DNA of 60,774 nucleotides, filler included, from Hausera hauseri (Eukaryota): NCBI GenBank assembly GCA_046269625.1. It is 11 parts of 11 records of this genome, joined end to end, with 100 filler letters (N's around TTAATTAATTAA, not from the genome) between each part and the next. Parts side by side here need not be neighbours in the genome. Positions count along the whole stretch, not along the records: positions 1 to 4,238 come from JBJURY010682773.1; positions 4,339 to 8,626 come from JBJURY010654774.1; positions 8,727 to 13,913 come from JBJURY010313275.1; 8 more parts are not named here. One strand, 5' to 3'. Shown piece by piece: positions 1 to 9,217 of this stretch (position 1 is its first letter; each line of letters starts with the position of its first letter). The notes under the pieces were generated by a model. It saw only the letters and a program-made list of their open reading frames with translations, ran no database searches and was not told where the DNA came from. The position numbers and the translations under genes were made by a program.

Positions 1-1249
1 GGCAAAACACCTATTTCTCTACAGTTGCAGCCTGCCATCCCACAAAAGCCAAATTAATGCAGTAAAATCAAGAATGGGCAAAGGAGGTTAAAGTCAAGTA
101 CTATGAAAAGCTGGAATAAATGACACAATCTCGCGGTGGAACAGAAGATCCCTCGGAGAAAGAAAACCACTGGAAGACGAGGAGCGAGTATTGTTTAACT
201 ATGCAAAATCCTACTGTATACGTGTACAGTAAAAATTTGAAATTAAGTTAATTTTTGAGATTTCGCCGTAGCGGGTGGGGGGATAACCTTCTGCCAATTA
301 CCAAAGCAACGCACAAACGTAATACTTTTTACATGGTAATCATGCAATTATTTTCCGTTCAACCTGGTAACAGCATTAATTAAATAAAAATTCCCAATTA
401 AAAAATTTATTTTCACCATAAAACAGGTGTGTATGGGTAAAATGAAAATGTGTTAATCCAAAATAAAATACTTTCATCTATTCAACTATTGGAGATATAA
501 TTCCCATTATTACCATATTTAGTATTATTATTATTATTAGTATTAATTTCATTGACTATAAGTTGCACGACTGTTTCACTGTATCCAACTTCATTCTTAA
601 AAAACAACAACAAAAAACGTAATTGCTCCAATGATAATCGACAACGGCCAATAATAAACGATTGACAGAGACTTGCAGAAAATAATCATCTTACCAAACA
701 AAACACCTCCAAAGAAAATGAACGGATTAGAAAACAATAAATGCAAATAATCAAGACAAAATAACTTTTACAATAACCTAAAAATAAAGAAACGAAATAA
801 AATAAACACGTCAAAAATAAATTATCGCCAATCGGTTTCCAAAACGATGTAGTAAAATTTTTTCTACGGACACTACATGAGCATGACAGACGCACACAAA
901 CACGCTACTCAGCAATACAAAACAGTGGTAGTGAACGGATGATTGTTGGCCGGTTTAACACACTTACCCGTCGTGAGTGTGCGAGAAATTTATTGATTAG
1001 TTTTTCTTTGAGAATTACACAAACATACAACAATAAATTACGACTTTCCTCAATCGCGTTTGCGTGTACTTCCCAATAAGTGTGTGTCAGTACATGTGTG
1101 TATTGGTTTAAATGTATAATGATTTAATCATTTTAAACCATAATCATAATGAAACATAATAAAATTTGCGTAATAAAAATGTATTAATTTTAAAATTTGA
1201 AAACTAAAATAATTTCATAACAAATGTTTGTTTGAAAATATCGAAAAAA

Positions 1250-1635
1250 CTATGACGCTAAAATATCGTAAAGAAACATATATACCGAAATTTTATCGCA
1301 ATCGATAGGTAATTTAGACCGGTTCGGATTCCAAACGTTATTATTAGATCCCATAATTGAAGAATTGCTACAACAACCAGAAAATACAGGGCACAATAAA
1401 AGACGTTTAGTTATGTCCTGAGTTATTTTCTTTAATTCCACAGCTTCTTGTTCGATTCTTTTTATATTATCTGGCCAATTTGACGGCGCTTCCGAACACT
1501 TATCATTTCTAATTTAAAACAGATACATAAAATGTCCAATGATTATCACAAAACTAATCTAATTTTATAATAACTCAAATTTTTATTGGAATTTAAGTAA
1601 AATTTTCATTACCTGAGAATTTTGTTAAATATCAT
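1250..1635 (-). CDS. Putative small two-exon gene of unknown function (exons 1635-1613 and 1508-1250, about 93 aa; further upstream exons possible)
   Basis: ATG at 1635, CAG|GTAA donor at 1612 and TTAG| acceptor at 1509 join in frame (MIFNKILR|NDKCSEAP...) to the 1250..1441 ORF. The 104-bp intron is AT-rich. Confidence 0.4.
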
Positions 1636-1874
1636 ATGCTTCATTTGATAAATAAAATAATATAGTCGCAAGCGATTATCTTATAATTCCCAATTACAAA
1701 ACTATAAGAATTACACACAGTATAAGATTTAAATAATTTAAACTTTGGGAAATGTTAAATTAGAGGATTTAAACAAACATAGCTTTTGAATAATATAAAT
1801 TTAAAAACGAAATCCATTTTATGTGTCGTTTTATTTCCATAAAAATATAACAAATTACATTGTTAGTATAAACT

Positions 1875-3878
1875 TTAAGCAGCAGAAGCATCAATGTCCT
1901 GAAGAGCGCCATTTACAACTAATTTTGCTTCTGATTTCAAATCATTTAAATAATCATCGCTAAAATCTTTTTTATCCACCTCCATATTTAAACCCTTTTC
2001 TGTACGGAAATCCAGATTATCGTCAAACGCCAATTCGTCTAACACACTTCGGAGAGCTGGTTTCTTGTTTCCACTTGCAGGTGGTTTGTTTGCTGCTGGC
2101 ACAGTTGGTCCTTTTGATGGTGATGCTGGACCTTTCGGAGGTTGTGCTGGTTGTCCTTTCGGTGGTGCAGCGGGTTTTCCTTGCGCTGTAGGCTGTTTCT
2201 GTTCTGGATTTCGTTTATCTAAGGAATATGTTCGGAAATCTAGATCATCATCAAACTCCATCTCATCTAACACACTTCGTAGAGCTGGTTTCTTGTTGCC
2301 ACCTACAGGTGGTTTGTTTGCTGCAGGCCCCGTTGGTCCTTTTGATGGTGGTGCTTGTCCCTTCGGAGGTTGTGCTGGTTGTCCTTTCGGTGGTGCAGCG
2401 TGCTTTCCTTGCGCTGTAGGCTGTTTCTGTTGTGGATTTCGTTTATCTAAGGAACGTGTTCGGAATTCTAAATCATCATCAAACTCCAAATCGTCTATGA
2501 AGCTTCTCGGAGCTGGTTTCTTGTTTCCACTTGCAGGTGGTTTGTTTGCTGCTGGCCCAGTTGGTCCTTTCGGTGGTGGTGCTTGTCCTTTCGGAGGTTG
2601 TGCTGGTTGTCCTTTCGGTGGTGCAGCGGGTTTTCCTTGCGCTTTAGGCTGTTTCGGCGTTGGATTTCTTTTATCTATGGAATGTTTTCGGAAATCCATA
2701 TTGTCGTCTAACTCCAATTCGTCTATGAAGCTTCTTAGAGCTGGTTTCTTTTTTTCATTTGTAGGTGGTTTGTTTGCTGCTGGCCCAGTTGGTCCTTTCG
2801 GTGGTGGTGCTTGTCCTTTCGGTTGTGCAGCGGGTTGTCCCTTGCTTGGAATTCGTTTTTCAATGGAATATATATGGAAATCCAGATCTGGATCTCGTTT
2901 ATCAATATAAAGTAAATTTAACTTTGGTGCTTGTTTTGCCTCAATCTGATGTATATTTTTCCTCATTGGTGATCTTTTTAAATTTGTTGCGGTTCGTATT
3001 TCTCGAACTTGACGAGGATCGATATTGCCCCGAAATACAGCTTGTTCTATATGTTGGCTTTTTTCTTTCAGTTTAAATGAATTAATATGTCCACTGTTAC
3101 GACTTGATCGTTTGTCTGAATAATCATCTACTATGTCATCCGCTAAATTCAGGTAATCATTCTTCTTGCCTCTTGTTAAATCAGTTTCATCTGTAACTTT
3201 TTCGAAAAAGTTTGATCTTTTTGTATTTGGTACGTAATCTGTTTTAGCATCAATATGGAGATCATCAAGTGACGTGCGGACGTCTGCAAACCTTTTGACA
3301 CCATCTAACAGTAGTTGTTTTTCACTCACATCAAACTGATGATCAACAATTTTCTTATTCCATTCATTTAGTCGCAGATCGGCTTCGCAAGTATCTTCAT
3401 ATAAACTATATATTTTATCACATCTTCTGCCGATATTGCCATATTTACGATAACATACATTGTCAATTTTGGAATATTTTCTAGTGCATACCCGTCCCAA
3501 TGTTTTGGTTGTGAATCGACAAACTTTTTCCAATCTGTCTAGACGTTTTCCACAGTCTGCTGTGACATAACCGTTTTTCTTTTTGCAATTTCTATTTATT
3601 TTTTCTTCAGCATCGTTGCAGGTTTTTTTCAACTTTTTAAAATCCGCATCACAATCTTTGTCAATTGCAGTCGTCTGTTCATCACAGAATCTATCGATTG
3701 TTTTGTAAGCTTTGTCGCAGTCAGAGATTAAAGGTAATATCTTGCCACATGTTTTTCCTTGACGATTGCCTAGAATCAGCTGCTCAGACTGTTTTACGAC
3801 CAAATTTCCGATATTTGCTTGTGTTACGGAAAGCGCGAACAGCAACGTCAAGAAAGTTCTAGTCCAGTTGATAATCAT
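1875..3878 (-). CDS. Secreted multi-peptide precursor, 667 aa: signal peptide, Cys every 11 residues, then KR-delimited Pro/Gly/Lys/Gln-rich repeats with acidic spacers
   Basis: Intact single-exon ORF with a hydrophobic N-terminus (FLTLLFALSVTQA), 11 Cys at exact 11-aa spacing, and recurring (D/E)KR sites before each repeat. Confidence 0.85.
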   Translation of the reverse strand: MIINWTRTFLTLLFALSVTQANIGNLVVKQSEQLILGNRQGKTCGKILPLISDCDKAYKTIDRFCDEQTTAIDKDCDADFKKLKKTCNDAEEKINRNCKKKNGYVTADCGKRLDRLEKVCRFTTKTLGRVCTRKYSKIDNVCYRKYGNIGRRCDKIYSLYEDTCEADLRLNEWNKKIVDHQFDVSEKQLLLDGVKRFADVRTSLDDLHIDAKTDYVPNTKRSNFFEKVTDETDLTRGKKNDYLNLADDIVDDYSDKRSSRNSGHINSFKLKEKSQHIEQAVFRGNIDPRQVREIRTATNLKRSPMRKNIHQIEAKQAPKLNLLYIDKRDPDLDFHIYSIEKRIPSKGQPAAQPKGQAPPPKGPTGPAANKPPTNEKKKPALRSFIDELELDDNMDFRKHSIDKRNPTPKQPKAQGKPAAPPKGQPAQPPKGQAPPPKGPTGPAANKPPASGNKKPAPRSFIDDLEFDDDLEFRTRSLDKRNPQQKQPTAQGKHAAPPKGQPAQPPKGQAPPSKGPTGPAANKPPVGGNKKPALRSVLDEMEFDDDLDFRTYSLDKRNPEQKQPTAQGKPAAPPKGQPAQPPKGPASPSKGPTVPAANKPPASGNKKPALRSVLDELAFDDNLDFRTEKGLNMEVDKKDFSDDYLNDLKSEAKLVVNGALQDIDASAA
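2000..2900 (-). repeat. Tandem coding repeat, 228-bp (76-aa) unit, about 4 copies
   Basis: The motif agctggtttc recurs at 2055, 2283, 2511 and 2739, exactly 228 bp apart. Confidence 0.95.
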
Positions 3879-4238
3879 GAAATTTGAAAATGAACCGACT
3901 GAATTAACTGATTGATTTAAATTGTTAATGCTTGATACGTGGTACTAATCTGTAGTTTACTACTTACTCTTCACCTACGCTTTTTATTGTAATTTGAATT
4001 AAGAACGTTAGACATGTGTAGTTAACATCTAATACAGAGAGTTATTTTTCTTGGTTTTATATGTAATATGAAATTTCTAAACCGATGTTAAATATTTGTT
4101 ATACAATTTGTAAATTTTTATTAAAAATGAGGTGACATATTTTCCATAGAGTCACATTGCGATGAAAAGAAACGCCGAATGTAATGAGAAATTTGGAAAA
4201 GTTATAAGAAAAAAGCTTTAATTAATTGTAATTTAGGA

Positions 4239-4338
4239 NNNNNNNNNNNNNNNNNNNNNNNNNNNNNNNNNNNNNNNNNNNNTTAATTAATTAANNNNNN
4301 NNNNNNNNNNNNNNNNNNNNNNNNNNNNNNNNNNNNNN
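4239..4338. other. Artificial contig linker N44-TTAATTAATTAA-N44 (also at 8627-8726, 13914-14013, 18483-18582, 24669-24768, 29081-29180, 37210-37309, 43704-43803, 48437-48536, 56235-56334)
   Basis: The identical 100-bp spacer, with stops in all six frames, occurs 10 times. Sequences on either side are unrelated, so adjacency across linkers carries no meaning. Confidence 0.97.
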
Positions 4339-4760
4339 ATAATATGTTTCAGCCACTACATTACGTATTTGCGTAAGTGAATTTTAGTATAGTACATATG
4401 ATTTATGTTATTTTTTAGGCATACACTGCATTGTTGCACAAACAATGCTCAAGCAACAAATGCTTATTTGACAAACCATCATCACAAACTAACTTGGGAG
4501 GAATATAATACCCAGTTTTGCAGAGATTGCCTTATGCGAAATATTGGGGATATGTGTAATATAAATGAATCCATGTTCTATGTCAAAAATCATGCTGATG
4601 GGCGAAAGAAGAATACATTTAATAGCATATTTCTAGAATTGTAAATATGTACATATAAATGTAACAAATTGGTAATTATACCACAAAACATTACATGTAT
4701 TTATCGTGAAAATGGTTCACATTGTGCATATAAAAAGTGTTTAGCGTTATGTCAAAGTTA
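4339..4760 (+). pseudogene. Small Cys/His-rich Maverick-associated ORF, convergent with pPolB; homolog at about 31930-32350 (-)
   Basis: ORF 4405..4644 (HKLTWEEYNTQFCRDC). The DNA is near-identical in reverse complement to about 32160-32350 and lies in the same position relative to PolB. Confidence 0.6.
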
Positions 4761-4917
4761 TATTGTTACTAAATAACTGTGTTATGAAATTAGTTGGTCT
4801 TATCCTATATAGTAGTTACTTAGTTTATTTGGCCTTATCCTATATCCCACATTATTTGATCAAGAAGACAACACGATATTTCTATACAACATTTATTAAA
4901 CAAAAGAATAACAATAT

Positions 4918-7050
4918 TTACAACGCCACATGTCCATGAGGTTGTGTGTGGATTCCATTGCTCAGGATCTGCCTCTTGTCGTCCATACAATTTAGGCTTT
5001 TCTTCTGTAAGGTAGCAGTTTGGATGTTATGATCCTTAGGTTGGATCCCTTTTATTTCCGATATAATGTGAGTCTGCTCCTGCAGAACTGTCACATAGTC
5101 TTGAAAACTGATCTTCTTGGCCAATGTAACCCTTTGATCCCCTTTTGCCCGCTTCTTTATTTGGCGACATACGTCTAGGGCATGCACTTTATATCTGAGA
5201 GCCACAAATCTCGATATTATTGCTCCATTCACCTCGTCTTTGAATTTCCCAAGGATTTTCTTATTGGCAAATGAATAATTTGTATTATCCTTCGGATAGT
5301 CCGAGATATCCATGTGTTGAGCCAACTGCGCAAAGTCCTCATAAATGTCTACTGAATGGATCTGATAGATGAAACTATCAGTATCCATATACATTAGTTG
5401 CATAAACTTGAACTTGAGGACCATAATGCCGTAGTGGAAATAATACATCAGGGTTTTTGACAGGTTGAGGATTGCCATACCCACATATATTGACTTGTTG
5501 AATACCAGTGTTGTTTTCAGCATATGGATGCCTACCAAGTTCTTGGCATACATGGCGCAGCTGTGGAAGTTTTGCTTGGCAATAACCTTCTTTTCCCACT
5601 TTCAGTCACATACAAGCTCAATGTTGAACCTGTTGCGGATATTTCCCATCGTCTTGCCAAAGATTGAGTTGTTGTAAAGCTTGAACTGGTCTTTCCCAAA
5701 GTCGTTCTTGGCATTCGTCCGCAACTTCGTATTGAGATCTATGTATGATTGCAGCCACATGGACTGGCTGAACTGGAGGGCTTTATGGATCTTGGTAATA
5801 CGAAGTCCATGTCTAAATTCTGCTGGAGATTGATGTAGTGGACCACATACCTCTCCCTATTACCCAGATGACAGAACCGTTTTCTCTACTTTCCATGGGG
5901 CGGAGGCCTGCTGTCAGGGAGGAAAGGCAGCTGTTGATGCTTTGCGTGGATGGAAGCCGGATATTCCATATCCACCTCCACTATGTATCCTGTATCTCCA
6001 GTGGGATTCATGTCCAATATAGGGATGTTTTGAGGATTCTCGACCCATTTTAAGTTATTATACGGCAATGGGGCCTTCATTGCATATCCATGCAAGTTGT
6101 TGGTATCCAGGTATGATATATATGAGGTTTCGCTATACCGGTGAATGGCCTGGCATATTCCACCTCTAATGCCTCTCTCGATCATAAGAATCGTGTCGTA
6201 ATCTTTAATTATCTGCAGCCTAATACCTGTATATCTGAGCATTGCTGCCCAGCTCATCCCTGGAGCCGTAAAAAATGAGCTGAATCTAATGCATGGCTCT
6301 TCATTGTAACATCTCTGAAGCTCTCAAAGACATCTGTGAGCAGCACGTCCGTCTTGAAGTATATGCCGCAGTATTCCCCTGTTGTTCGGCATTGGAATGC
6401 ATGCCAGACATTCTGGACATGGTGGTAGTCAGTATCACTGATATCGCAATCAGAGAGGATATTGTAAAAGTCCTTCTTGTCCGGCAATAAGGTCTCATCC
6501 AGTGTTTTCCATGACGTTATACAGTCATAAGGAAACTCGTCTTTCCTCTTGACTACGTCAAAGGTAGTGGGGAAGAATCGCTTCGTCTTCTTGAGTTCTT
6601 CTGAATAAAGGTTCTTCACTAAACTGTTCAGTGAAGACGACATGAAACGAAAGCTGTCTATGAAGCGAAGTCTGATGCGGCCTGCATGCTTCGTGAAGGT
6701 GATGTATTTTTCCTCACTGTTTGGGATTACATCTATATTACCATAAATATTGCTTAATTCTCGGACTATGAAATGGGAATCATAGCCACTGAGATTATGA
6801 AACACTACAGGTACATATGTGCATGTTTTGCAGCGAAGATAGCAGCTGTTGCGTGCTGCGCCCCGATATGCACCTGTAAAATGGCAGTGATCCTTGACTT
6901 TATGATTTTCCTTGGTGAAGAACTTGTCGCACAAGTAATATGTTGTTACTTTGCGCCATTCTTCAGCTTGTTTCCACGACATACTCATTGTATCCTTATG
7001 CTGTTGAAGCGTGTTTTCAAGCTTATGAGCCATATCTTCAAGTCGTTTTA
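4918..7050 (-). pseudogene. Protein-primed DNA polymerase B of Maverick/Polinton (adintovirus-like), frameshifted
   Basis: Motifs KDHCHFTGAYRGAA (EndoVII-like), VFHNLSGYDSHF, FIDSFRFM, YLDTNNLHG, NSIFGKT, YMDTDS, GKFKDE, DDKR, split over several frames. Confidence 0.92.
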
Positions 7051-7056
7051 TGAAAT

Positions 7057-7870
7057 GTGCTGCTGCATCTTTTTGAGAAAGACTTTTATAAGCTTAAGAA
7101 CAATAGCTTATATGGCCAAACAGTTGAAAATCTGCTGAAAAGGTCAAATTTAAGATTGTGTAATAATGCTATAAAGCTTGTTACTTACACAAGCAAGGCA
7201 CAGTTTAAAGAGAGCATTATTATAGCCGATGATCCAGTTGCCATTCTCCTCAATAAAGACATGGTCACCTTAGATAGGCCCTCATACATTGGTCAGGACG
7301 TGCTTGATCTGTCCAAGTTAAGAATGTATGAGCTGAATTACATTGAGTTGGAGACTTAGAGGCACCAGTTTAATTGCGAGTTTCATATTGCTGCTGGTGA
7401 CACTGACAGCTTTTTCCTTGAATGTCGTGGTGTTAACTTGCAAACGCAACTATTACCAGCAATGACAGCAAACAGGCAGTTAGATACATCGAATTATGAC
7501 AAGAGTGGTCCGCTGTACTCGACTAATTTCACAGTCATAATTGGGAAATTTAAAGACGAGAGTAAGGGCAACGTTCAGTATCAATAGGCAATTTTCTTAC
7601 AGCCGAAATAATATGCACTGAAAACCCAAAGCAAATCAGTCACTAAATGCAAAATGATCAACCTAAAACAGATTGACTTAGAGTTCGACAGCTACTTACA
7701 AGCATACGAAACCGATTGTGCGACTATGGTAGACCAGGAGCGAATTGAGACCAAAAATTATCAGATCATGACAATCGGATTAAAAAAGTAAGCATTGGAT
7801 CCGTTCGACGACAAACGCCAGTGGATCCAGAAAAATATAAATGTAGCATGCGGACTTTATTCTATTTGAG
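7057..7870 (+). pseudogene. C-terminal fragment of a second pPolB subfamily, abutting the first in the opposite orientation
   Basis: KLKNNSLYGQT, LDLSKLRMY, GDTDSF, GKFKDE, FDDKR, with internal stops. Confidence 0.85.
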
Positions 7871-7916
7871 TGTAAATATTTGTTATAAAATAAAAACTTG
7901 TTCGTATGTCTTTTTA

Positions 7917-8198
7917 TTAATAGTAAATATGTACACTTTCAGTTATAGTGCTTTTACAATTCGGGAATAGTGTTACATTAGAACATTTGTTACATACAAC
8001 CATATGACCACACATTAGGAATACCTTATCTACGCTATTCTCTTTACTTAGTAAACATATGAATTTGGACTTCATTCTTTTCTTTCGCGTGTTCTTCAAT
8101 TGTACACACAATTTTTCAACTGTATTAAAATAATCTACAACAGAAAAAGCCTTGAATGACGCGAAGATATCTGGTTGAGACATTTTCATAAGTGACAC
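7917..8198 (-). pseudogene. IAP-type C-terminal RING finger protein, degenerate; probable Maverick accessory gene
   Basis: ICLLSKENSVDKVFLMCGHMVVCNKC...PNCKSTITESVHIY resembles the IAP/MDM2-type RING-HC, but some ligands are lost. Confidence 0.65.
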
Positions 8199-8469
8199 TT
8201 ACACAGACGTATTTATAGAAATTTAAACAAAGTGGGCTAGGAATAGTGAAACCACGATTAGATCAGAAAATGCTTTTGCACTGACAAAATTTAAACAAAC
8301 CAACAAATCACAATACACCAAAACCAAAATTAAAACAAGAAATTACATTAAATCAAAATAAAAACAATTTTTTCCCGCAAAATTCAAATTTTTTAAACCA
8401 CTTCAAATCCATACGGTATGCGTGCTTGTGTATAACTTTTATAACAGGACTAAAACGCGCATCAGGCGC

Positions 8470-8626
8470 ATCAGGAGCATCATGAATAGCGGCTCCATCA
8501 ACGAGTCAAAGACAGAGGCAAGTTAATGCTGCAGCATTAAAGAGGAAAGGCCGCAAATATGTCATTGATGCAACTGGTCAAACAACCATCAAGGAGTTCC
8601 TGGAGTACACAGAGGAAGAAACAGAG
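8470..8626 (+). pseudogene. N-terminal region of Maverick pPolB (homologous to about 36350-36500)
   Basis: DNA and peptide similarity (QRQRQVNAAALKRKGRKYVIDATG) to the region leading into the KVNMNLEATY...RTFKTKN...SGWTL PolB N-terminal motifs. Confidence 0.55.
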
Positions 8627-8726
8627 NNNNNNNNNNNNNNNNNNNNNNNNNNNNNNNNNNNNNNNNNNNNTTAATTAATTAANNNNNNNNNNNNNNNNNN
8701 NNNNNNNNNNNNNNNNNNNNNNNNNN

Positions 8727-9120
8727 CCACACGATGGAATCGAAAATGAAACGCCAAGAAATGGTCTGATTAGTCTCAGCACCCGATGCAACTCCATACT
8801 TTGCAATGGAATTCTAGCGTTGGCCGACACACTAAAGGTCACAAAACGTTTCCAGTTTTTCAATATTGACAATCTTCTGATTCTTAGTGATAATGTCCAT
8901 TCACTTCGCACAAGTTTGCTGTCTTATTGTTCATTACTAAGACTGTGTATGCCATGTTATATATTAACATTCAAAAGCGGGGTGGAAATTGCTGAATACC
9001 TTCCTGATACAATACAGCTCATCAAACTTTATTTACGAAAAAATGACATAAAGACAGCAGGCCTTATGGCTATTTCTCACTTTATGAGAATACATATATA
9101 TCTTATAAGATTTGACATTG
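8727..9120 (+). pseudogene. NIPBL: Intron-less Nipped-B/NIPBL HEAT-region fragment upstream of the Gypsy 5' terminus
   Basis: CNGILALADTLKVTKRFQF / LRTSLLSYCSLLR / IKTAGLMAISHFMRIH align by eye to NIPBL CVSCLGAVVNKVTQNFKF / LRSLFTVGALCR / VQTKAIIGLGFAFIQH. Confidence 0.6.
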
Positions 9121-9217
9121 TTCAGACTCCCAAAAATGATTCAAATATTAGAGGTTATACCGAATCGCTAACAGAGATTCCTCAGAGTACGCGCAAGAAA
9201 GCTGTTGAGTTTCGGGT

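Noticed and set aside
2065-2910. 281-aa Gly/Cys/Phe-rich ORF on the + strand
   Set aside because: Antisense shadow of the Pro/Lys/Gln repeat of the real minus-strand gene.
4283-4294. TTAATTAATTAA palindrome recurring between N-runs, as a biological repeat
   Set aside because: It is an assembly linker with six-frame stops. ORFs ending ...XXXLIN are artefacts of it.
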